From positions 3,720,001 to 3,784,000 of the forward strand of contig NC_043003.1 of the NCBI RefSeq assembly GCF_006345805.1: DNA of 64,000 nucleotides, written 5' to 3'. This DNA is from Octopus sinensis. Lineage: Eukaryota. The translations under genes were made by a program, and so were the position numbers. Positions 26,195 to 39,992 of the stretch are shown here, in pieces (the first letter of the stretch is position 1; each line of letters opens with the position of its first letter). Under the pieces are notes generated by a model. That model searched no databases and was not told the origin of the DNA. It was given only the letters and a program-made list of their open reading frames with translations.

Positions 26195-26477
26195 ATATAT
26201 AATATAATTATATAGGATAAAAAATGTTTTGAGAAAAAAATTTTATCAATGGCCAGCATATCAAAAAATGCCTTTAAAGGTAAAATTTATATCTCGCGTA
26301 TGTGCCGCTGAAGAGGGGAAAATTTCTTGTGAATTAACCCCGAAATTGGACCAATACGGTAATAACGAATTTTTTAGAGATTTCTATCAGTTTGTTTCGA
26401 GACGCATAATGGTTATCGACAATTATTTGTTTCGGCATATTTGGCATTAGAATTTTTCTTCTGCCCTTATCTTGTAA

Positions 26478-26480
<3 letters not shown>
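26195..26480 (+). mobile_element. HHR-containing Penelope-terminus-like element between (TA)n tracts
   Basis: Related to 34300-34540; contains a canonical HHR. Confidence 0.65.
26303..26361 (+). ncRNA. Type I hammerhead ribozyme, canonical core
   Basis: tgccg CTGAAGA gggg-(19 nt)-cccc GAAA ttggaccaa TA cggta; AUA site, quasi-palindromic helix III. Confidence 0.8.
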
Positions 26481-26511
<31 letters not shown>

Positions 26512-26555
26512 AAAGATAAATGCGATACAATAAAATTAATTATAATCGCCGGTGT

Positions 26556-26631
<76 letters not shown>

Positions 26632-26661
26632 GTTTGTGTGTGTGTGTGCGTTTGTGTGTGT

Positions 26662-26704
<43 letters not shown>

Positions 26705-26864
26705 ATGTATGTATTTTCCAGATGGTTACAGGCACCACAGAACCATTAAAACAAGAATTCTTTGAAAGTCAACCGTACGTGTACTAGCAACATCAACAAT
26801 CTGACTCACGATACCAACAACATCAACTTCAATACCAACCTTCGGTCATTTATCAGACCCTGAT

Positions 26865-27125
26865 ATTAGTGGTAACGGTATGGCACACGCGACTGTAAGA
26901 TCGTGGTTTTAATTCCAAGGGCGGGAAGCGCTTTGAGTTGTTGAGCAAAACGCGTTGTTTCACGTTCAGCTGTAAATGAGGAGCTCAGCGACAGACTGGC
27001 GTCCTGTTCAGAGGGCGACTGTTGTGATGCTGGTCCCTTATACGCCATGGAAGACGGGTAACCAGCTTGATGAGTCCTGGGACATGAGAAAGTAAAGTCC
27101 AGAAGTTGTTGATGATGATGATGAC
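26865..27125 (+). mobile_element. Degenerate tRNA/CORE-like SINE with (GAT)n tail
   Basis: ttgagcaaaacgcgttgtttcacgttcagctgtaaatgag CORE-like segment. Confidence 0.5.
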
Positions 27126-27209
27126 GATGATGATGGTAATGACGATGATGACGATGATGACGATGATGATAATTATGATGATAAGGATGATGATGATGGT
27201 GATGAATAC

Positions 27210-27460
27210 TATTGTGTCAAAACCATTTCGTGTCCATTTGACAACAAATATCCCAGCTTAGAGTTAACAGATGGCGTCAAAGAGAAGTTAAAAGGCCACA
27301 ACTTATTTAAGCTTTCAAGAGTAGAGGACAGAAATACGGATACCCTTTCACAACATATCTGGGGACTGAAAAATGAAGGTACCACCAAGTTTAGGACACA
27401 GCAGTCTGTGATACTCTTAGCTCAATTTTGCTTAAATTATGCAAAATACCTAGACCAGAA
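27210..27460 (+). pseudogene. Penelope-like GIY-YIG fragment
   Basis: Degenerate CPFDNK.., LSQHIWGLKNEG resembling 53500-53800. Confidence 0.5.
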
Positions 27461-27834
27461 ATGTGTTCTTTTTGTATAAATTCTTTGGTTCCTGGAGATA
27501 AGGTTGTGCTGATGGCGGTTACTAAACCAGAACCATGCGTGAACGACTGCCGGCTCATCTCCAGACAGTAAACCCGTCCTTTTCCTTAATGGCATCTCAG
27601 CTCTGGAGAATTCTTGAGTCTTGATATTTTCTCCCCTTCTCAATTGAAGCTGGTCTTAATTGCTTAATCTTAGTGAATCAAGAATTTATGCTGTAGGTAT
27701 TTGACTAATATTCTGGACTGCTTGGGGTACCTTGTGAAAATTCTCCAATAAACTTGCTAAATTCTACGAGTAATTTCATTTCGAAATATCTCAAAAACCC
27801 GTTGATTCTACAAGACCTAAAATTCCTCCAATTA

Positions 27835-28040
27835 AGGTGACGAGCTGGCAGAATCGTTAGCACACCGGGCGAAATGCTTAGCGGTAGTTCATCTGCTTTA
27901 CGTTCTGAGTTCAAATTCCACCGAGGTCGACTTTGTCTTTCATCTTTTCAGGGGTCGATAAATTAAGTACCAGTTGCGTACTGGGTCGATCTAATCGACT
28001 GGCCCCCTCCCAAGAATTTCGGGCCTTGTGCAGAAAAGAA
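27835..28040 (+). mobile_element. SINE family B monomer
   Basis: Head plus core plus short tail. Confidence 0.85.
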
Positions 28041-28294
28041 TAGTCTTCCTATTGGTGGATATCTTTGAATTTTCTGCGTCTTTTTATGGAAAGTTCCAAG
28101 AAATTCCATAAATAGCCCATGAATGTTTTCAATTCCTTTCCTAAGCTGCACTTTATACCAAAGATTTCCAGACTCCCCTGTTGCGAAATTTGGTTTAAAA
28201 ATTATTTTGTAAGAGATTGAAATTGCTTCTTGGAAAAACGATTTAAGTTTTTAAAGAAAAGAACTTTTATTTATCGTTTTCTTTTCTTTCTTTA

Positions 28295-28520
28295 TTGTTT
28301 TTACTTGTTTCAGTCATTAGATCGCGGCCATGCTGGAGCACTGCCTTGAAAAATTTTAATCGAAAGGAATCGACCCCAGGATTTATTGTTTGATAAAGTC
28401 TGGTACTTATTCTATCGCCGCCGGTCTCTTTTGCCGAACCGCAAAGTTACGGGGACGTAAACACAACAACACCGGTTGTCAAGCAGTGGTGGGGGTGGGA
28501 CAAGCAGACACACACACAAA
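28295..28520 (-). mobile_element. SINE family A, 3' half
   Basis: Reverse complement of the family A tail. Confidence 0.8.
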
Positions 28521-28801
28521 TTTCGTTTCATTTATTTCTTCTCTCAATGTCCTTTTTTCTTCTTTTTCCTTCTCCCTCCTCCCCCTCTCCCCCCTTCTCC
28601 TCCTCCTCCTCCTCACCTAATCACCAATCTTACACGCTATCTCGACACACACCTCGACCCCCCCATCCACACTTCCTCCATCAGGACCCCTCCTCCTCCC
28701 CTCCCTTAGTACTCCAGGAACGGTCCACTTCTTACTAACACTCCTCTCTCCCTTCCTCTCTCGCCCCACCACATCGCTATATTCCTTTATTCTTTTCTAT
28801 C

Positions 28802-28845
<44 letters not shown>

Positions 28846-29059
28846 TCTTCTTCCATCTTTTCTATTTTCTTTCGTTCCACTTAACTGAACTGCGAAGTTA
28901 TCCGACTGGAAGGCCTCCTTCCAGCGCTCCTCAGCCGTTTCCTAACAATGGTCTCTTTTGGTTCCCATTTCACTCGGATGCTCCCTCATAACCGTTCCAT
29001 GTTTTAAAAATTCCCATAATATTTTGTTTATAATTAAATATTTACTAGGAATTGTATAA

Positions 29060-29077
29060 GAATAGATAGATAGATAG

Positions 29078-29142
<65 letters not shown>

Positions 29143-29146
29143 GTAC

Positions 29147-29222
<76 letters not shown>

Positions 29223-29223
29223 G

Positions 29224-29255
<32 letters not shown>

Positions 29256-29288
29256 TAGATAGATAAATAGATAGATAGATAGATAGAT

Positions 29289-29325
<37 letters not shown>

Positions 29326-29958
29326 CATCGATCGATCGATCGAAAGACAGACAGACAGACGTGTGTGTGTGTGTGTTTAAGTAATTGTTTTGCAAGATCC
29401 TTGATGTGAAATCGTGAGTTCAAACATTGTTGTGACCATTCCTACACATGCCACCCCCCCCCACGCATCTTATATTAATATTCAAAGATCGAACCGAAGG
29501 ACGACGACAGAGGAACAAATGGGAAACTGACACACGGGCCGCTGACATGTTCCAACTGCAACTATTTAAAACTATAAAGAACAGCGAATAAATATTGAAT
29601 TAGGAAAAGGAAAAGAAGTCAGGAACCCTTAAGCCTTTTTTTTACCAAAGGGTAGTCTTTATAGTTTTATCCACTTCGAGTTCCGTCGTTAAAAACGAAT
29701 TATTACACGTCTCTGGAAGTTTCTAAATTCTTATGACGTAAACAACATGTATGAATGTATGTATGTATGTATGTATGTATGTATGTATGTATGTATGTAT
29801 GTATGTATGTATGTGTGTATGTATGTATGTATGTATGTATGTATGTATGTATGTATGTATGGATGTATGTATGTATGTGTGTATGTATGTATGTATGTAT
29901 GTATGTATGTATGTATGTATGTATGTATGTATGTATGTATTTATGTATGTATTTATGT

Positions 29959-29998
<40 letters not shown>

Positions 29999-30040
29999 AT
30001 GTATGTATGTATGTATGTGTGTGTATGTATGTATTTGGGC
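29060..30040. repeat. (AGAT)n at 29060-29350 and (ATGT)n at 29748-30040
   Basis: Direct reading. Confidence 0.95.
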
Positions 30041-30609
30041 GGGCGTGTATATTGAAAAGATAGTGCTTAAAATTATGTCTGCTAGCAAAATACCTTCACA
30101 ATTTAAAGAGAACTCTATACACTACTTAAAGTATAGTCATCATTTCAAATCAGTATACGTCTTTGGTTGTGTAGTGGCGAGAAATCCGGTGCAATCCTGA
30201 TGATACTAGAGAGACAGACAGATATGGAGAGAGAGAGAGAGAGAGAGAGGGAGGGAGAGAGAGAGAGATAAATAGATAGAAAAATGTATAATTCGTCGTA
30301 AGAGTACACACGTTTGTATTTATGTACACATACACATCCGCACGGACACACACACACGCACACACACTGCTGATGCTTATAAGAACACCACACACCATAA
30401 CATAATTACTCCCACCCACCTTCAGAACTTTCTGACCACCACTCCATTGTACTCTTACATTCTGGAGACTTCTTTTATAACAGCTCTATTCCCCAATTAG
30501 TTATTATAGAGCACTCTTAGTGGAAATGCATCGTTTAGCTCATGTGAGGCAGCTGCCATTTGTAGTAATCGTCACTATTCCACATCGTAAATCATACACA
30601 CACATACCT

Positions 30610-30696
<87 letters not shown>

Positions 30697-30754
30697 ATGT
30701 ATATATGTGTATATATATATATGTGTGTGTGTAATGTTATATGTATATATATAT

Positions 30755-30803
<49 letters not shown>

Positions 30804-30894
30804 TAGATGGAGACACTTGCCCAAGGTTCCACGCAGTGGGACTGAACCCGGAACCATGAGGTTGGAGAGCTTAGGCGCGCAGAAGAGAGAGATG

Positions 30895-30992
<98 letters not shown>

Positions 30993-31039
30993 ATGTACCC
31001 AGGACGTTAAAAGACTTCATCTCATGGACAACCACTGCT

Positions 31040-32808
31040 AGTTCAGGTTGCGGCATTCTCCTGACCAGCTGACCCCTGACTGGAAGTGGTGACCGGTGCA
31101 CCATCTCGGTGTCCTTGTTTGCTTAAGTAATGAATATAATGATCGAGTCAGCAGAGAAGCGGTAAGACAGAAGTAAGGCTGCCACCCATCAGATTCTTCA
31201 AGGAAAACCTCACAGCGACAACAACAGTGTCGAGAACCAGCTGGATCCACCAGAGAAGCTCATGGTATGAGTACAAATGAGTTTTAAACCGGTAAAGTCT
31301 CAGATTAAGGGCTTGAAAACAAAAAAAAGTCACCAACAGATTCTACTTCGAAGTGGAAGAAGAGCAGATTCCGTCTGTCACAGAAGAAAGCAGGGAAGAA
31401 TCCATCCTAGAAAGACCTCCATAAAGGTGATTAGAGCAGACTTGGAGAACTGGTTGAGGGCTGTAGATGAGTCTGAATTACTTAGAAGATTCAAAGTTTG
31501 GGTCTGCTAGCGCAGGATCCTCCCAAGAATCTTCTAGTCACGTATGAAAGCCCCATGACAGTAGTGGAGGGCTTGGAGCATATAATGAGCAACTGTGTTC
31601 GTAGATGGCTGGGTTTGCCACGCGGTTTGAGCGGCATCAGGTTGTGCAGAAGCTGTAAGTTTAGGATTCCGCTTCATTTCTGTAAAGGAAGAATTCACCG
31701 TATCACGGGTTCATGAAAACCTGCAATACACCAGTTCCAGTGTCTGATGCTGAGATTGCAATGAGAACAAGGAAGAAGTAGAAAGCAGCTGAGGTAGTCT
31801 TGCAGGCAGAGGAGCGGCCGAAACACAAGGACCTTCTCGTGAATGCTCCACGGGGTAAGGCCAGATTCGAAAGTGCTACAAGAACGTCAAATGACATGGC
31901 AAGCAGGAAGGAGATGTGGAAACTAGAGAAGGAGGCGTGAAATTCAATGGCAGGAATGGGCAAAACAGTTTTGTGGCGATGCAGAAGCTGGGGTGGGGCC
32001 GGATGAAGTGGGGACAGGCAGTGGAATGTCACCAGGCAGAGCAGCTGGAAGTGAAACCCGCAAAGGATCATTCTGTGTTCTGAGACAGGGGCGCTCAAGT
32101 ACATCCTAATCGGCCGCATAGGGTACTGAGTGAAGGCCGCTATCACTGGAGACACGATCAGGTCCTTAAGGTCATCACTGGGGTAGACAACAAGGGAAAA
32201 TTGAGTGCAAAAATGCCTACACAACAGTTAGTTAAGGAGGGAGAGTGGTTGAGGAAGAGACCGAAGAACAGCTCTGAGTATTTACTTACCACAGCACAGG
32301 ACTGAGTAATGAAAACTGATTTGGAGAAACAAACCACGATTTCTAGTCATATCACCCAGATCATGTTGAGACTAGATATGATTTTGGTTTTCAAGACAAG
32401 TCAGCTAATTGTATTGGAGGTAAATATGGTCTGAGAAGAGAGGTTGAAAGAGATACAAAAGAGAATGAAATTTCAGTGCGAAGAATTTGTGGAGAACTGC
32501 CTCAAAATTAGGGGGCAAAGTGAGGTATTTAGCAGCTGAGTGTGTGTACCTGAGTAGAGTTTGAGGAACTCTGGGCATTACAGGAATAAGCAGAGGAATC
32601 ATCAAGAACACTGTAGAAGCTGGTGAGAAAGCCTTTGGATGGCGCTGGTTGAAAAGAGGTGATCGGTGCGGTTAGTAGAACGCTGCGTGGACACAGACTT
32701 AAGGTTAATCAACCTAGATCGGGTCCCGTAGATGAGGGAGTGTGTTGTAAGACCCGAAACCGCCAGTAACCCCAGGATATACATCACTGACGATGCGTCC
32801 AAGTATCA
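31040..32808 (+). pseudogene. HERO-type (R2 superfamily, RLE) non-LTR retrotransposon 3' remnant
   Basis: VRRWLGLPRGLSG at about 31600, degenerate CCHC region, DMILVFKTSQLIVLEVNMV*EER RLE remnant, 3' end catcactgacgatgcgtcc. Confidence 0.75.
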
Positions 32809-32878
32809 CATCGATAGATATATGTTCAGCTGAACATTATATCAACAATTATCTGTCTACGCGCACACACACGCACAC

Positions 32879-32935
<57 letters not shown>

Positions 32936-33072
32936 AATAAATGTGTGTGTATTTTCTGTTGTCTTGGACAGAGAATCTACTGGAAACAAAATTGTGTAGG
33001 TGGGATGGTAGGAGAGGGCATGAAGAGAAGAATGACAACCGGAGCGGAGGAGGAGGAGGAGACTGGCAAGCG

Positions 33073-33107
<35 letters not shown>

Positions 33108-33269
33108 ATATATTCGCACATATCTAATGCTCAACGTAGACGTCCATATGTACGAATACATAAACTCCGTGTTCAAACATATTCATGTACGTATGGAACA
33201 AAACCAGGAGGAAAGTCGTGCCAACGTGGACCACCTCGTCTGTATGTCTGTCAGTCTATAAATACTTAG

Positions 33270-33368
<99 letters not shown>

Positions 33369-34395
33369 GTCTGTCTGTCTATCTACACACCTACTTATCT
33401 ACCTACCTGCCGGTCTATCTATACACACAGATACATAATATATATATATACACACATATAAATATACATATATACATATATGCTCATAAATACGCACACA
33501 CACACACACACATACATACACACACACACACACATACATACATACATACATACATACATACATACATACAGGCATACATACACGAATAGTTTAACGAGGC
33601 CTTCTGTATCTAAGAGAGTAGCGGTGATTTGGTTGCTATTTCTAGCAGTTCGAGCGGCTCTAAAAGAATTGAATGAGAGCCACTGCTTCGTGGGTGTCTT
33701 CTACTCAGAACAACAAAAGACTGACAGACAGACAGACAGGAAGTGAAACAACGAAAAGACTGTTTTTTTTTTGTTGTTTTTTTTACCATTTCTTCAGACT
33801 CATGTTTACAGCGTGAAGACACACGTCACTGCATCACAACAACAAGAAGAAGAACAACAGCAGCAGCAGTTCATTCATTTCAGGCTTTGATGCGGCAGTG
33901 AAAGCAGGGAGAAGGTGGAGAAGGAGAGGTGGCAGGGGTGGGGGTGGATAGAGAGGGAGAACTAGGAAGAAAAAAAGCAAAGAACGATGTGGTTGGTTCG
34001 CTTGGTTTCTTTCTTTCTTTCTTTCTTTCTTTCTTTTTCTTTCCTTCGTCTCTCGGTTGTCTTCTAGTAATCAGACACAATTGAAAAGTACTTTAGATAT
34101 TCCGCGCCCCCCCTTCCACCACCACCACCCGCAGTATATGCATGGAGGCTGTGCATTCACACACACACATACCCACAAACACAACATACATGTGTGTGTG
34201 TGTGTATGTATCTATCTATCTATATTTTTTATTCTTTTGTTTCAGCCTTGAGGCTGTGGTCATGCTGGAGCACCGCCAGTGGTATATATATATATATATA
34301 TAATTGATATAGGATAAAATTTTTTTCGAGAAAAAATTTTTATCAATGGCCAGCATATCAAAAAATGCCTTTAAAGGTAAAATTTATACATAATT

Positions 34396-34540
34396 TATAA
34401 GATAAGGGCAAAAGAAAAATTCTAATGCCAGATACGCCGAAACAAAAAATTGTCGATAACCATTAAATTTAATGGTTATTGACAACTTTTTGTTTCGGCA
34501 TATCTGGCATTAGAATTTTTCTTTTGGCCCTTATCTTATA
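34396..34540. repeat. Loop-less palindrome, 145 bp
   Basis: Centre ccattaaa|tttaatgg at 34467/34468; arms correspond to the right end of the 26195-26480 element. Confidence 0.9.
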
Positions 34541-34704
34541 TATATGTATATATATATATATATATATATACCAAAAATTAATTTACGAAGGTGTCATTAA
34601 TTCTATTATTATCCAATGTAACTAATTTAAAAAATGCTAATAACAGAATCAATGACACAGGTGATAGCAGGCCCAAAAATGGCATTAAATAGACGAGGGA
34701 TTAG

Positions 34705-34874
34705 AATTAATCAAAGGACATACTAAGTATGTCTACCTGCTTGAAATAACAGTCAAAACTCTTATCAAATCGCCAAAAATAGTAGTTTTCATCAGTGTAC
34801 TTTTGGCGATTTAATAAGAGTTTTGACTGTTATTTCAAGCAGGTAGACATACTTAGTATGTCCTTTGATTAATT
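34705..34874. repeat. Inverted repeat, 74-bp arms, 22-nt loop
   Basis: aattaatcaaaggacatact..cgccaaaa / ttttggcg..cctttgattaatt; loop holds ctgatgaa on the minus strand. Confidence 0.9.
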
Positions 34875-34902
34875 TTATATATATATATATATATATAGAT
34901 AT

Positions 34903-37250
34903 ATATCAAAATAAGCAACAGGGATATCAGAGGTAATGCGCTACGATCGTTTCATGCAACTCCATTTAATTGAACAATCCAATCATTACATCAATTTAAA
35001 ATGCAGAGCAATCCTTAGCTTCACAAAGACATAGAATTTAATTAAATTAGAACAGATGGACACATTGGCATAATTATACCTAAAATCTCCAAGAAGTTAA
35101 GGAGATAGACAAAGAACATGTTGTCTCCACTCCAGCATAGAAGTGACTAAGTTATCAATAAGTTATACATTGTTACAGACTCTGCCTGTCACTGATTTTT
35201 TTGTTTTTATGGGGTCAGTTTTAATTTATAGACTAGTTAATTGTCAGCTAACATCTTGTTTTAAGTTTACCCTTACCAAACCTCAAGATATTGCTTCTAA
35301 TAAATCTTGATTTTTATGACTATACCAACTATGATGTCTGTCTGCTCCCTCAGCCCTACCTCTAACAGATACTGCCCTCTGTTCTCTCAGCCTTAGATAT
35401 ACAAGGATTTGATAAACTAGTCTATAAATTAAAACTGACCCCATAATATAAAGGAGTATTGAGGTAAAGGAACATACTAATTATATATTAATAAAATTAT
35501 AATCTAAGCAGTATTTTTTATAAGTAGTGAATATACCAGTATAGTTTTATATAAGCTAAGTATGAATTTATAGAGATACAAAAATTAGATTAATTTTATA
35601 AATTAAGGCTAATTATAAAATGATAAAGAAATAAAATAATGTTATTGTTATTATTATTTTATAGTAGCCTTAAATAAATCTAATCCTTGCACCCCTATTA
35701 ATTCGTACTCAGCTTATATAAGGTAATACTGGTATCTCAACAACTTAAAATAGTTCAATTTAATTAAATCAGTATATAGGTGACATGTTCTTTAACCTCA
35801 GTTGCTCCCTTATTAAATACCATTTAAATCCAATTGATCAATCTCCATAGAAACCATTTCATAAGTTAATATTTTAGATAAATAATAAGTAAATAAATAT
35901 TAAACTACTTCTTTTTCAATTTCCTTTTCCCCCCTCTATTGTGGTAAAAATTTGGTATCTACTCAAAATATTCAAAGAAGTTTTATCCTTTCGTTAAAAT
36001 TTCATTCTTAATGATCTTCTTGATTACCCTAAATCTTAACTTTATACAATAAGACAATATTGTTTCAAATGATCTTTAGAAATTACTTGATTTATATCTT
36101 TCTTAAATGGCTCTACCCTCCTCATCTTAGTATTGATAAGGGCCTTTATATAAATAACCCTTCTAAACAACCCTTCTAAGAAACTATTAATATTATGTAG
36201 GGAGTAACAATAATAACTTTTTAAGCCTATAATATAACCCTTAATTTAAAAAAAAAAAGATTATTGTAAAATATGATTGTTTAACTTAAATATTCCTTTA
36301 GCCGATACCAAACATTAGTCTTTTATTGATATTAACCAAATAAGTAAATAAATAATTTTTAGTCTAATACATTTTGAATTATTATACTTTTTCTAAAAAT
36401 CTTCTCTATTGGAGTTAATAAGCTACATATATTTTACCATAGTATTAGTAATTAAGCCATTTTATTCCTTTTCTATGGTGTTCTGCCCTACTTGATTATT
36501 TTATTTTATTTCTTTATTGTTTTATAATTAACCTTAATTTATAAAATTAATCTAATTTTTGTATCTCTATAAATTCATACTTAGCTTATATAAAACTATA
36601 CTGGTATATTCACTACTTATAAAAAAAAATACTGCTTAGATTATAATTTTATCAATATATAATTAGCATGTTCCTTTACCTCAATACTCCTTTATTAATA
36701 CCAGTATATACCAATTAATCAATATTCACAGACACCATCTGATGAGTTAGTATTTAAGTGTACAATATGTATAAATATTAAACTATTTCTGGATAATTTC
36801 TTTTCCTCCCTCTATTGTGCTAAAAGTTTGGTATATACTCAAAAGTATTTATAAATTTCCATCCTTTTGTTATAATATTCTTCTTAATAATCCTCTGAAT
36901 ATCCCTAAACTTTAACTGTATACAATATAGTAACAAAAAAAAAAAAAATCAGTGACAGGCAGAGTCTGTAACAATGTATATCTTCTTGAAAAATTCAGTA
37001 ACTTCAAAACTGGAGTGAAGACAACATGTTCTTTGTCTATCTCCTTAACTTCTTGGAGATTTTAGGTATAATTATACTAATGTGTCCATCTGTTCTAATT
37101 TAACTAAATTCTATGTCTTTGTGCAGCTGAGGATTGCTCTGCATTTTAAATTGATGTAATGATTGCATTGTTCATTTAAATGGAGTTGCCTGAAACGATT
37201 GTACAGCATTACCTCTGGATATCCTTCTTGCTTATTTTGATTTAAATCAC
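34903..37250. mobile_element. Nested inverted-repeat complex with outer arms of about 300 bp (Penelope pLTR-like) and AT-rich interior
   Basis: Outer arms 34903-35205 / 36940-37250; inner IRs about 35210-35240 / 35413-35445 and 35447-35640 / 36500-36700. Confidence 0.7.
37121..37208 (+). ncRNA. Degenerate hammerhead-like motif (mirror copy at 34936-35024 on minus)
   Basis: CTGAGGA, long imperfect stem II, GAAAC-GATT/GATC-GTA; stem I imperfect. Confidence 0.45.
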
Positions 37251-37336
37251 CTCACTTTGAAATTGTATGGATAAATTCTGGTGCCTCAACTCAAGTACCA
37301 TATTCATCAGAATCTAAAAATTATATATATATATAT

Positions 37337-37409
<73 letters not shown>

Positions 37410-37410
37410 G

Positions 37411-37862
37411 TGGAGGCGCAATGGCCCAGTGGTTAGGGCAGCGGACTCGCGGTCGTAGGATCACAGTGAGTGTTTATTGAGCGGAAACACCTAAAGGCTC
37501 CACGAGGCTCCAGCAGGGGGTAGTGGTGATCCCTGCTGTACTCTTTCACCACAACTTTCTCTCACTCTTTCTTCCTGTTTCTGTTGTACCTGTATTTCAA
37601 AGGGCCGGCCTTGTCACACTCTGTGTCATGCTGAATCTCCCCGAGAACTACGTTAAAGCTACATGTGTCTGTGGAGTACTCAGCCACTTGCACGTTAATA
37701 AATGAGCTGCGACGTCACTGGATAACATCAGTGACATGGAGAGGAGAGGCTGGTATGTGTGGGCGACTGCTGGTCTTCCATAAACAATCCTGCCCAGGAG
37801 GGAACTTTCTAGGCGCAATTCCATGATCATTCATTGATGACCGAAGGGGGTCACACTCACAC
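37411..37862 (+). mobile_element. SINE family C (tRNA-derived head ggaggcgcaatggcccagtggttagggcagcggactcgcgg)
   Basis: Same head at 56917 and 60675. Confidence 0.8.
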
Positions 37863-37879
37863 AATATATATATATATAT

Positions 37880-38165
37880 AAGAGCACTCCGTCGGTTACG
37901 GTGACGAGGGTCCCAGCTGATACGATCAACGGAACAGCTTGCTCGTGAAATCAACGTGAAAGTGGCTGAGCAATGTACCCTTAACGTAGTTCCCAGGGAG
38001 ATTCAGCATGACACAGAATGCGACGAAGCTGGCCCCTTTTGAAATACAAGTCATTTTTGCCAGCAACGTGAAATAAAGTGTCTTGCTCAAGGACACAACG
38101 CGTCTCCGGGAATCGAACTCACGACCTTACAATCGTGAGCCGAATACCCTAACCACTAAGCCACC
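37880..38165 (-). mobile_element. SINE family D
   Basis: Minus strand head ggcttagtggttagggtattcggctcacgattgtaaggtcgtgagttcgattccc. Confidence 0.8.
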
Positions 38166-38199
38166 CCCCGCCTTCACTATATCATATATACATACATAC

Positions 38200-39055
<856 letters not shown>

Positions 39056-39090
39056 AAACTTACTGTTTAAAAGAAGCCGGGATGCGTTAC

Positions 39091-39310
39091 GTTCCGTTAC
39101 TTAATAAATGAAAAGTGTGTATACGTTGTAGGTTTTTCATCCTTTTTGTTGTTTATTTACAACAACAAAATTTTCATTTACATACACACACACACACATA
39201 TATATTATATATATTTAATAATAGTAAATGAAAAACGTATTGTAAATAAACAACAAAAGGACGAAAAACGCACAACGTATACGCACTTTTCATTTATTAA
39301 GTAACGGAAC
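39091..39310. repeat. Imperfect inverted repeat, about 90-bp arms around a microsatellite spacer (MITE-like)
   Basis: gttccgttacttaataaatgaaaagtg.. / ..cacttttcatttattaagtaacggaac. Confidence 0.8.
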
Positions 39311-39341
39311 ATACATATACATACATACATATATATATATA

Positions 39342-39400
<59 letters not shown>

Positions 39401-39652
39401 TATGTATTATATATTGTATGTATATGTATGTTATGTAATGGAGAGTGAGAGAGAGAGAGAGAGGGTACATATTCGAAGATTCCTTTGTTCCTGAACATCT
39501 ATATACAACAATTGTATATTATGATAAATGGCACCGAAACCCAGTTATTCGTTAGGTGTCGCCGCGCATCGAAATTCAAGAGCCGCGTGCGGCCCACAGT
39601 TTGGCCCACGTTCTTAATCGCATCGGTAAACTTTCTTCATATACGAACACAC

Positions 39653-39705
<53 letters not shown>

Positions 39706-39916
39706 ATATACGCACACGCATATAATCCTACACACACATATATAAACACATCTATATACCGCATATACACACTTATACACACACACACACACACACACAC
39801 ATTTACACACGCATATACACATAAAGCTATATATTTTTGCGTCTATGGAGATATTACACACGGTTGGTTTAGAAAATCTCGGCTATACTTTCTCTCAACA
39901 CGTCATTATGGGGTCG

Positions 39917-39951
<35 letters not shown>

Positions 39952-39959
39952 GAGAAGAA

Positions 39960-39992
<33 letters not shown>

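Noticed and set aside
27490-27540. ctgatgg..cggttactaaacc possible hammerhead after the Penelope fragment
   Set aside because: Core and GAAA are both too degenerate
32750-32800. GAAAC followed by CTGACGA at the HERO 3' end, suggesting a type II hammerhead
   Set aside because: No helix III/NUH or stem I can be formed in this copy
35440-36935. Possible mitochondrial insertion (NUMT) because of extreme AT content
   Set aside because: No recognisable mitochondrial gene, and two diverged paralogues are not expected of a NUMT
39540-39630. CpG-rich island with tag|GTG..ATCG|gtaaac exon-like borders
   Set aside because: No recognisable peptide in any frame and weak splice context
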